DNA of 32,000 nucleotides from Nitrosococcus oceani ATCC 19707 (GTDB lineage Bacteria; Pseudomonadota; Gammaproteobacteria; Nitrosococcales; Nitrosococcaceae): NCBI RefSeq assembly GCF_000012805.1, contig NC_007484.1, positions 2,130,001 to 2,162,000 of the forward strand, read 5' to 3'. Shown piece by piece: positions 24,085 to 32,000 of this stretch (position 1 is its first letter; each line of letters starts with the position of its first letter). The notes under the pieces were generated by a model. It saw only the letters and a program-made list of their open reading frames with translations, ran no database searches and was not told where the DNA came from. The position numbers and the translations under genes were made by a program.

Positions 24085-25692
24085 CTACATGCGAAATACC
24101 CCATAACGGGTTTCCTCTATGGGCGCGTTGGCGGCGGCCTGGAGTCCTAACCCCAACACCCCTCGCGTCTCCGCCGGATCGATGATGCCATCATCCCATA
24201 GCCGGGCGGTAGCGAAATAAGGGTGGCCCTGGCGCTCATATTGTTGCCGGATTTCCTCTTTGAAAACTTTTTCCTCGGCCTCGCTCAAGGACTCTCCCCG
24301 GGCTTGAATACCTTCGGCCTTCAGAATTCCCAGCACCTCCGCCGCCGTCTCCCCCCCCATGACCGAGATCCGGGCATTAGGCCACAGCCAGAGCAGACGG
24401 GGACTATAGGCCCGGCCACACATGGCATAGTTGCCGGCACCGAAAGAGCCGCCCATGATCACCGTAAATTTGGGGACATTGGCACAGGCCACCGCATGCA
24501 CCATTTTGGCCCCATCCTTGGCAATACCGCCGTGCTCATATTGCTTGCCTATCATAAAGCCCGTAATGTTTTGTAAAAAGACTAGAGGAATACCCCGTTG
24601 CGTGCAAAGCTGGATAAAATGGGCGCCCTTGAGAGCTGACTGGGAGAACAAAATCCCATTGTTAGCCACGATCCCCACCGGATAACCCTGAATTCGGGCA
24701 AACCCGCAGACCAGGGTCTTACCATAGAGGGCCTTGAACTCATAGAAATCAGAACCATCCACCAGGCGGGCAATCACCTCATGGACAGGATATTGATAGC
24801 GGGAATCGCGGGGAATCAAACCATAGATCTCTTCTGGCGGATAACGGGGTTCTGCCACTGGTTCCGGCTGGAAAGCACGGGTTTGATGAGGGTGAAGCTG
24901 GGCAATGATAGCCCGCGCCCTAGCCATGGCTTCGGAATCGCTAGCCACCAAATGATCCCCCACACCTGAAATCCGGCAGTGAACCTCTCCTCCTCCTAAT
25001 TCCTCGGCTTCGACCTGCTCACCGGTAGCAGCCCGGACCAAGGGCGGGCCACCCAAAAAAATGGTGCCCTGATTTTTAACGATAATGGTCTCATCGGCCA
25101 TAGCCGGCACATAGGCGCCACCAGCCGTGCAAGACCCCATTACTACGGCGATCTGGGGGATACCTTGGGCTGACATCCTGGCCTGGTAATAAAAAATCCG
25201 GCCAAAATGGTCCCGATCTGGAAAAACCTGATCCTGCATGGGAAGATAAGCACCGCCAGAATCCACCAGATAGAGACAAGGCAAATGGTTCTCAGCCGCG
25301 ATTTCCTGAGCCCGGAGATGTTTTTTCACCGTCATGGGATAATAGGTGCCCCCTTTGACCGTGGCGTCGCTGGCAATGACCATCACCTCCCGACCATGAA
25401 TCTGACCTATGCCAGTAATGATGCCGGCGCCAGGGAGTTCCACTTCATACATGCCATAGGCGGCCAAGGCGGACAATTCCAAAAAGGGACTACCCCGATC
25501 CAGAAGCGCCGCAACCCGCTCCCGGGGGAGTAATTTACCCCGCTTGAGGTGTTTTTCACGGGCGGCGGCGGAGCCTCCTTCCACCACCCGTTCCAAATGG
25601 GCCTGGAGATCCTTCACCAAAGACCGCAAATGGCTGTCGTTTTTAGCAAACTCCGGCGAAGAAGGGTCAAGCTTAGTCTTGATAATCGCCAT
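24085..25692 (-). CDS. liuB: Methylcrotonoyl-CoA carboxylase beta subunit (carboxyltransferase)
   Basis: 535-aa carboxyl transferase. Supporting motifs: [43 protein letters not shown], and the C-terminus [15 protein letters not shown]. Confidence 0.92.
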   Translation of the reverse strand: MAIIKTKLDPSSPEFAKNDSHLRSLVKDLQAHLERVVEGGSAAAREKHLKRGKLLPRERVAALLDRGSPFLELSALAAYGMYEVELPGAGIITGIGQIHGREVMVIASDATVKGGTYYPMTVKKHLRAQEIAAENHLPCLYLVDSGGAYLPMQDQVFPDRDHFGRIFYYQARMSAQGIPQIAVVMGSCTAGGAYVPAMADETIIVKNQGTIFLGGPPLVRAATGEQVEAEELGGGEVHCRISGVGDHLVASDSEAMARARAIIAQLHPHQTRAFQPEPVAEPRYPPEEIYGLIPRDSRYQYPVHEVIARLVDGSDFYEFKALYGKTLVCGFARIQGYPVGIVANNGILFSQSALKGAHFIQLCTQRGIPLVFLQNITGFMIGKQYEHGGIAKDGAKMVHAVACANVPKFTVIMGGSFGAGNYAMCGRAYSPRLLWLWPNARISVMGGETAAEVLGILKAEGIQARGESLSEAEEKVFKEEIRQQYERQGHPYFATARLWDDGIIDPAETRGVLGLGLQAAANAPIEETRYGVFRM

Positions 25693-25730
25693 TAATCAAC
25701 TCCCTCCGCAGCATACCCCCAGTGTGTGTT

Positions 25731-26906
25731 TCACTCGATTTCTAGGGCCATGGCAGTGGCTTCACCCCCACCGATACAGAGGGCGGCGATCCCCCGCTGG
25801 AGGCCCCGCTGGCGTAGGGCATGGAGCAAGGTTACCACCAACCGGGCACCGCTAGCGCCAATGGGATGACCCACCGCACAGGCGCCACCCTTCACATTCA
25901 CCTTGGCATGGTCCAGACCCAATTCCTTCATGGCGGCCAAGGCCACCACGGCGAAAGCCTCGTTGATTTCATAGAGATCCGCCTCCGGCCAGTCAAGTTT
26001 ATCCTGGAGTTTTTTGATCGCCCCAATAGGGGCTGTAGTAAACTCCTCCGGTGCTTGGGCATGGCTCCCATGGGCCACAATCCGCGCCAGGGGAGACAGG
26101 CCCAGGGCAGCCGCAGTCGAGCGTTTCAGTAGCAACACGGCGGCAGCCCCATCGGAAAGGGAGGAGGCATTGGCCGCGGTGACCGTCCCCCCCTCGCGAA
26201 AAACCGGCTTTAAGGTGGGAATCTTGGCAATGTCACTCCGGCGGGGTTGTTCATCTTCATGGACCCGCCGCGCTTCCCGCCGCCCAGGCACGCTTAGCGG
26301 CACGATTTCAGCCACCAAGGCACCGTTATCCAGGGCAGCCACGGCGCGGCGAACCGATTCCGCGGCAAAGGCATCCTGCTGTTCCCGGCTAAAGCCGTAG
26401 CGATCCGCGCAAAGTTCCGCAAAATAGCCCATGGGCTGGCCATCCCGGGCGTTTTCCAGTCCATCTAAAAGCATGTGGTCAAGCACCTGTTGGTGCCCAA
26501 AGCGGAACCCCTGGCGGGCTTTGGGCAGCAGATAAGGCGCATTGCTCATGGACTCCATCCCACCAGCCAGTACCATCTCAGCGGAGCCTGCCAGGCAGAG
26601 ATCATGCCCCAGCATGATAGCTTTCATTCCCGAACCGCAGACCTTATTGATTGTAGTGCAACCTACCGTTGCCGGAACTCCCGCCCCAAGCGCCGCCTGC
26701 CGGGCCGGCGCCTGCCCAGTGCCCGCTGGCAGCACGCACCCCATCACTACTTCGCTAATACGCGCCGCCTCCGCGCCACTGTCGGCCAGAACCGCCTGTA
26801 ATACCGCCGAGCCTAATGCTGGTGCCGATAAGGGAGAAAGTTGACCGAGAAAACTACCTACCGGGGTTCTTCTGGCCGCAACAATGACAATATCATCTGG
26901 GTTCAT
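25731..26906 (-). CDS. Acetyl-CoA C-acetyltransferase (thiolase II)
   Basis: IVAARRTPVGSF, the active-site Cys in INKVCGSGMKA, and the C-terminal GGACAVGHPIGASGAR and CIGGGEATAMALE motifs. Confidence 0.95.
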   Translation of the reverse strand: MNPDDIVIVAARRTPVGSFLGQLSPLSAPALGSAVLQAVLADSGAEAARISEVVMGCVLPAGTGQAPARQAALGAGVPATVGCTTINKVCGSGMKAIMLGHDLCLAGSAEMVLAGGMESMSNAPYLLPKARQGFRFGHQQVLDHMLLDGLENARDGQPMGYFAELCADRYGFSREQQDAFAAESVRRAVAALDNGALVAEIVPLSVPGRREARRVHEDEQPRRSDIAKIPTLKPVFREGGTVTAANASSLSDGAAAVLLLKRSTAAALGLSPLARIVAHGSHAQAPEEFTTAPIGAIKKLQDKLDWPEADLYEINEAFAVVALAAMKELGLDHAKVNVKGGACAVGHPIGASGARLVVTLLHALRQRGLQRGIAALCIGGGEATAMALEIE

Positions 26907-27072
26907 GGCGATATTCCCTGTGGTCTATCTATTCCAGCAGCCTTTGATAACAGCATATCCCCTGGTTTACCGCCAGGCTCTATGATTATTCTTTAAACGG
27001 TTAATCTATAAAATATTTTATAGAAATCTACAGTCCTTCCATAAATATCTCATCACGCGGAGACTGCCTGCC

Positions 27073-27327
27073 TTAGCTGGCACCTGCTTGCAACAGGCAG
27101 GGAGGAAGCGTGAACCCTCCTTCGTTTTGTATTAAAGTTAAATACCTGGGTGCAGGTTGTTTAAACCGTCCTGTCGTGACAAGTAGGTAGACAGGCACAA
27201 TATGTAACAGGCCACCGCTGTTGTGAGCCCTGCCGCCTAGGGCTACGGGTAAACCGGCGAAGGTGCCTTGAGGGATTGCCAGGTGGAAACCCTCTGGAAA
27301 AGGCTGGATTTGCAGGTCGTTTAACAT
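27073..27327 (-). CDS. Hypothetical ORF (weak)
   Basis: 84-aa ORF with no recognisable motifs or clear RBS. It may be a fragment related to the upstream orphan. Confidence 0.25.
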   Translation of the reverse strand: MLNDLQIQPFPEGFHLAIPQGTFAGLPVALGGRAHNSGGLLHIVPVYLLVTTGRFKQPAPRYLTLIQNEGGFTLPPCLLQAGAS

Positions 27328-27356
27328 GGCGTAAGTCCTGGCAAAAAGCCGTCTAC

Positions 27357-27836
27357 TTAAACTGACGGTCGTTTACTCTTTCCTGTTTTTTCTTTAACCA
27401 ATTTCCTGGTGAGATCTCCTAGAATATTCTTTTGATCTTTATTCTGTATCACATCCTTATTAAGCCTGCCAATAACTTTCCGAATGCGGTATACGCTGCT
27501 ATCCTTGCTTTTTTCGTCCTTTGGAAAAAGCTCAAGAAGCGTAATATATTCATCGCAACTTTCTTTGCCTTTTATCCAATTTTCCCAGTAATCTTTAAGG
27601 ATTTTTTTCTTGAGGTGACACGTCTTTATAGGATAATATTTTTTTATCTGTGCCTTTATTTGTGTCTTCCTCTCTTGGTTTAACGCGTGCTTGCTTAAAT
27701 CCGCCAACAAAATGCTTCCCCCATACCACCGAAAAGATCTCTTAGTGTCTTTTTCCTCGGATAACCCTGGGAGCAATAACAGATCCCGGTTGAAATCTCC
27801 CAAGACCACGATGTTAATTTTATTGGATTCACACAT
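27357..27836 (-). CDS. Lys-rich hypothetical protein in an AT-rich insert
   Basis: ATG 27836 is preceded by GAGGAAGG. The 159-aa ORF is strongly AT-rich compared with both neighbours. No family recognised. Confidence 0.5.
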   Translation of the reverse strand: MCESNKINIVVLGDFNRDLLLLPGLSEEKDTKRSFRWYGGSILLADLSKHALNQERKTQIKAQIKKYYPIKTCHLKKKILKDYWENWIKGKESCDEYITLLELFPKDEKSKDSSVYRIRKVIGRLNKDVIQNKDQKNILGDLTRKLVKEKTGKSKRPSV

Positions 27837-28136
27837 TTTAGCCTTCCTCAAACATTTGCAACTTTAGAGGCTGCTGGAAAACTTCTTTATAGCGCCCAGG
27901 GCCACTACGGCGGAAAGCCTATTCATTTCACAGAGGTTCACCTTCAATCATCCAATACGGTTGATCGTTTCATCAGCAACACCTCAACGGCACATTATTG
28001 GATATGTGTTTTCTTAACGGACCAAAATTATTATTCCCACCCCTCTGGCGCTGAACTTTAAACGCCCTTTACTTTCTAATGTCTAAGAATAGACCAAAGT
28101 GTTTGGCAATGGCCTTTTTTTCACGGAGAAGTGGCC

Positions 28137-31100
28137 ATGGCAATTCCCATTCGGCACCAAACTAAAACCCTTTCCAGGACAGCTCAGCTTCCCTTACGTT
28201 TTATCACGGCCACATCTTTGTTTGATGGACACGATGCAGCCATCAACATCATCCGGCGGATGCTCCAAGACCAAGGGGTGGAGATCGTCCATCTGGGGCA
28301 TAACCGAGGCGTTGAGGAGATTGTCCGGGCCGCCTTGCAAGAAGATGCAGATGGTATCGCCATCAGTTCCTATCAAGGGGGGCACTTGGAGTTCTTCCGC
28401 TATCTGGTGGATCAATTGCGAACCCAGGGACGGGAAGACATGCTTGTCTTTGGCGGGGGTGGCGGCACCATCACCCCGGCAGAGGCCAGGGAATTGGAAA
28501 TCTATGGGGTAGAAAAAATCTACCTGCCCCAAGAAGGAGCGCTCCAAGGATTAGAGGGAATCATTCAAGATATTATGGCCCGCACCCGCCGGGCTCGTCA
28601 GCCCCCGACATTTCCGAAAAAAATTATGCTCCAAGAATCGGCGGCCATAGGCCAAGCCCTCTCCCTCGTCGAAGCCGGCCAGTGGCAAAGCCCTATTATT
28701 GTCACAGGAAAAGCGCATATCCCCGTCATTGGCCTAACCGGCACCGGTGGCGCCGGTAAAAGCAGTCTCCTGGATGAATTACTGCATTATTTCCTAAAAA
28801 GTTTTCCCGATCTGCACCTTGCCGTACTAGCCTTGGACCCCACCCGGCACCGCACCGGGGGCGCCTTGCTGGGAGATCGCATTCGCCTGAACAGCCTGGC
28901 CGACCCCCGTATTTACCTGCGCTCCCTGGCCACCCGCAGCCGCCATGGAGTCACCTCCTCCTCCCTGCCCAAGCTGGTTTCCCTCCTAAAGTCCGTAGGC
29001 TTTGATCTTATTTTGATAGAAACGGCCGGCGCCGGCCAGGCGGATTCGGAAATCGTGGAGCTGGTGGATCTATCGGTTTACGTGATGACCAGCGACTATG
29101 GTGCCCCAACCCAGTTGGAGAAAATAGAAATGCTGGATTGCGCCGATCTGGTGGTGCTGAATAAATTCGATAAATCCGGTAGCCAGGATGCCCTACGGGA
29201 TATTCGCCAGCAGTGGCGCCGCAACCACCTGGCCTTTTCTCTGCCCGACGAGCAAGTGCCCGTCTATGCTACCGTGGCCAGCGAATTTAACAATCCAGGG
29301 ATTGCCAAGCTGTTTAGCGCCCTCTGCCAAAAACTGGCGGAGCGTTATCCAGAAAAGGCGCAAAAATGGCAAGCTGCCCTAGCGCCAAGCGTACCCTCAT
29401 CTGGCCAGAAAGGCATTATCTCTTTCCGGCGAATTCACTACCTGGCTGAAATTAGTGAACAGGGCCGCCATATCCGCAATGGCATTAACAAGCAGGTCAA
29501 GGCGGCCTCCCAGGCCCAAAGTCATTATAAAAGCCTACAAGCCTTGACCGATCCCCATCTCCCTCCGCCCCTGGCCCATTATGCCCAGAAAATACTGGCA
29601 GAAAACCCGGAAGACAGCCTGTCCCAACTACGCCAGCACTACGAGGAAGCCCTGGAACAACTGACCGAGGAGGCCCTGGAGCATTTACGGCACTGGCCAG
29701 AAACCCGCCGCAGGCTGACTAACGAATACTATACCTATTCGGTTCGAGGACAGGAAATCCAGGGGGAAAACTATTATAAAAGCCTTAGCCACCTGCGAAT
29801 TCCCAAGGTGGCCCTGCCCCGCTGCCAAGATTGGGGCGAGATTCTCCGCTTTCTCCTGGAAGAAAATGTGCCGGGGGAATACCCCTTCACCGCCGGCCTT
29901 TACCCTTACCGGCGAACCACGGAAGAACTGGCCCGGATGTTTGCCGGGGAAGGCACCCCTGAGCGCACCAATCGGCGCTTCCACTATCTGGTCAGGGGCC
30001 AGCCCTCCATCCGGCTCTCCACCGCCTTTGACCCCATCGTCTTGTATGGGGAGGACCCCGCGCCCCAGCCCGATGTCTTTGGCCGGATAGGCATGTCCGG
30101 CGTGTCCGTGGCGAGCCTGGATGACTTCAAAAAGCTCTTCTCCGGTTTTGACCTGTGCCAGCCCAACGTCTCAGTGTCCATGACGATTAATGGTCCGGCT
30201 CCCATGCTGCTGGCCTGGTTCTTTCATACCGCCATCGATCAGCAAGTGGAGAAATGCTTGCGCCGCCAAGGGAAGTGGAAAGCAGCCCAACAGCGGATCA
30301 AGGTCTTCTACCGGGACCAACCCCGTCCTCGCTATGGCGGCGATCTGCCCTCCGGGCACGATGGCTTGGGCCTGGGGCTACTCGGTGTTTCTGGCGAACA
30401 ATTACTGCCCCGGGAGCACTATGAACAGATCCGCGCCGATGTCCTCCGGCATATCCGGGGCACCGTGCAGGCCGATATTTTGAAGGAAGAGCAAGCCCAG
30501 AACGAATGTATCTTTACCACCGAGTTTGGGCTCCGTCTGATGGGGGATATTCAAGAATATTTTATCGCCCACCAAATACGCCACTATTACAGCGTTTCCG
30601 TCAGCGGTTACCATATTGCCGAGGCCGGCGCCAACCCCATCACCCAACTGGCCTTTACCCTGGCGAACGGGTTTACCCTGGTGGAATATTACCTCTCCCG
30701 AGGCATGGCCATCGACGACTTTGCGCCCCAGATGAGCTTCTTCTTTAGTAACGCCCTCGATCCGGAATATGCGGTGATTGGCCGGGTGGCCCGGCGTATC
30801 TGGGCCCGCGCCATGCGGGAGCGCTATGGCGCGTCTCCCCGCAGCCAAATGCTGAAATACCATATCCAAACCTCGGGGCGCAGCCTCCAGGCCCAGGAGA
30901 TTAATTTCAATGATATCCGCACCACCCTGGAGGCCTTGTACGCCATTTACGACAACTGCAACAGCTTGCATACCAATGCCTATGACGAGGCGGTGACCAC
31001 CCCTACCGAGGAATCGGTACGCCGGGCTCTGGCCATTCAACTCATCATCAACCGGGAGCTGGGGCTGAATTACAACCAGAATGTCCTCCAGGGTTCTTTT

Positions 31101-31556
31101 CTCATCCAAGAACTGACTCGGCTGGTGGAAGAAGCCGTCTATCAGGAGCTCAATCGGCTCTCCGAGCGGGGCGGCGTGCTAGGCGCCATGGAAACCAATT
31201 ATCAACGCAATAAAATCCAGGAAGAAAGTCTTTACTATGAAAGCCGCAAACACGATGGCAACCTGCCCATCGTGGGAGTCAATATTTTCCCCTCCCTCCG
31301 CCCGGAAAAAACCCTTTTATCCGGCCAGCTTACTCGCTCCAGCAAGGAAGAAAAACAAGCCCAGGTGGAAGCCGTTGAACTTTTCAAACACCGCCAAGCC
31401 GCCCAAGCAGAGGCGGCCCTGGCCCAACTCCAGCAGGTAGTCCGCCGAGGCGGCAACAGCTTTGAGGCGCTGATGCGCACCGTGCAACACTGCACCCTGG
31501 GGCAAATTACCCATGCCCTCTATGGCGTGGGAGGGCAATACCGGCGGCGGATGTAA
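28137..31556 (+). CDS. icmF: Fused isobutyryl-CoA mutase (B12-binding domain + MeaB-like GTPase + mutase barrel)
   Basis: N-terminal B12-binding motif SLFDGHDAAINIIRRML...GHNRG. G-protein P-loop GLTGTGGAGKSS and NKFD. The C-terminal methylmalonyl-CoA-mutase-like barrel includes FTAGLYPYRR, SVSMTINGPAP and YHIAEAGANPITQLAFTLANG. ATG 28137 is preferred over GTG 28131 because of GGAG spacing. Confidence 0.93.
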   Translation: MAIPIRHQTKTLSRTAQLPLRFITATSLFDGHDAAINIIRRMLQDQGVEIVHLGHNRGVEEIVRAALQEDADGIAISSYQGGHLEFFRYLVDQLRTQGREDMLVFGGGGGTITPAEARELEIYGVEKIYLPQEGALQGLEGIIQDIMARTRRARQPPTFPKKIMLQESAAIGQALSLVEAGQWQSPIIVTGKAHIPVIGLTGTGGAGKSSLLDELLHYFLKSFPDLHLAVLALDPTRHRTGGALLGDRIRLNSLADPRIYLRSLATRSRHGVTSSSLPKLVSLLKSVGFDLILIETAGAGQADSEIVELVDLSVYVMTSDYGAPTQLEKIEMLDCADLVVLNKFDKSGSQDALRDIRQQWRRNHLAFSLPDEQVPVYATVASEFNNPGIAKLFSALCQKLAERYPEKAQKWQAALAPSVPSSGQKGIISFRRIHYLAEISEQGRHIRNGINKQVKAASQAQSHYKSLQALTDPHLPPPLAHYAQKILAENPEDSLSQLRQHYEEALEQLTEEALEHLRHWPETRRRLTNEYYTYSVRGQEIQGENYYKSLSHLRIPKVALPRCQDWGEILRFLLEENVPGEYPFTAGLYPYRRTTEELARMFAGEGTPERTNRRFHYLVRGQPSIRLSTAFDPIVLYGEDPAPQPDVFGRIGMSGVSVASLDDFKKLFSGFDLCQPNVSVSMTINGPAPMLLAWFFHTAIDQQVEKCLRRQGKWKAAQQRIKVFYRDQPRPRYGGDLPSGHDGLGLGLLGVSGEQLLPREHYEQIRADVLRHIRGTVQADILKEEQAQNECIFTTEFGLRLMGDIQEYFIAHQIRHYYSVSVSGYHIAEAGANPITQLAFTLANGFTLVEYYLSRGMAIDDFAPQMSFFFSNALDPEYAVIGRVARRIWARAMRERYGASPRSQMLKYHIQTSGRSLQAQEINFNDIRTTLEALYAIYDNCNSLHTNAYDEAVTTPTEESVRRALAIQLIINRELGLNYNQNVLQGSFLIQELTRLVEEAVYQELNRLSERGGVLGAMETNYQRNKIQEESLYYESRKHDGNLPIVGVNIFPSLRPEKTLLSGQLTRSSKEEKQAQVEAVELFKHRQAAQAEAALAQLQQVVRRGGNSFEALMRTVQHCTLGQITHALYGVGGQYRRRM

Positions 31557-32000
31557 CCGGCCCGAATAATTCATAGGATCACCACGAAGGCACGAAAGAC
31601 ACAAAGAAATCTAAAAATTAAATGTTGACAGGGGCATTTGCCCGGACAAAAATGAATGGAAGCTAATAGAAACAGGCACTTAGCTTGATTCTGCCAGGAT
31701 TAGATCTCACTTTTAACGTTTTATAAGGCGTCGTTTAGGAGGTCTACTGGTAGTTAGGGCGGCAGCTTAGTTGTCGGACCTAAATATAGATGCAAACTTA
31801 AAAATGGTCAAATTCGAGCAGATAATTTTTCCAATGTAATGTTGTGCTTTGATGATGACGCAATGGCACGTATGAGGGGTACGCCTGAATATATTGCCTC
31901 TAGAATTTTCCAAAATGCTAAGGAAGATGTATTAGAGTATCTTACTAAGAACGAGACGTCTACCTCTTGTTCTTTTTGACAGCATGGAAAAATATCCTAT

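Noticed and set aside
27087-27101. Sigma-54-like TGGCACCTGCTTGCA on the plus strand
   Set aside because: GG and GC are separated by 9 nt, not 10. The nearest plus-strand gene (icmF) is ~1 kb away. The site also overlaps a weak hairpin.
27870-27925. GCCACT / GGAAAGCC resembling a cobalamin-riboswitch B12 box upstream of icmF
   Set aside because: Only a hexamer-level match was seen, and I could not trace the other conserved riboswitch helices. B12 riboswitches do not normally control B12-dependent enzymes.
30402-31109. 235-aa minus-strand ORF inside icmF
   Set aside because: It is antisense to a strongly supported mutase barrel, so it is a shadow ORF.
31838-31981. 47-aa ORF (MLCFDDDAMARMRGTPEYIASRIF...) and a TTGACA-17-AAAAAT promoter-like site at 31625-31653 downstream of icmF
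   Set aside because: The ORF is too short and has no recognisable family. The promoter match rests on pattern only, with no gene clearly downstream in the window.

Overview
Proteobacterial-type chromosomal window in four blocks. All domain calls come from motif recognition by eye; no searches were run.

(1) 1-11990, all minus strand: the promoter-proximal end of a contractile-injection-system (eCIS/Afp/PVC-like) operon. In transcription order it holds a sigma-54 enhancer-binding protein, a near-consensus -24/-12 promoter, a small protein, a double AAA+ ATPase, a DUF4157-OmpA fusion, a YkgJ-type Cys-cluster protein, a 968-aa DUF4157 effector-like protein, a DUF4255 tail-terminator-like protein and the first ~1.28 kb of the sheath gene. 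The sheath gene runs off the window, so tube and baseplate genes presumably lie beyond position 1. It is out of frame at a (CCGGG)6 tract, and loss of one unit would restore it.

(2) 12.0-21.3 kb: an IS-scarred accessory region. It contains two 96-bp direct repeats (6 mismatches), a truncated IS630 transposase, an orphan ORF, a ~1.35-kb AT-rich ORF-free stretch with an (ATTACTAA)11.5 tandem repeat, and a GC-rich two-gene cassette. The cassette encodes a PGRP-amidase / alpha-beta-hydrolase / caspase fusion and a signal-less thermolysin-like metallopeptidase. This is my best candidate for an undescribed conflict or defence system.

(3) 21.3-26.9 kb: a small secreted protein, a HigA-like remnant, and a leucine-catabolism operon (thiolase, MCC beta, methylglutaconyl-CoA hydratase, HMG-CoA lyase).

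(4) 27-32 kb: AT-rich orphan ORFs and the fused isobutyryl-CoA mutase IcmF.
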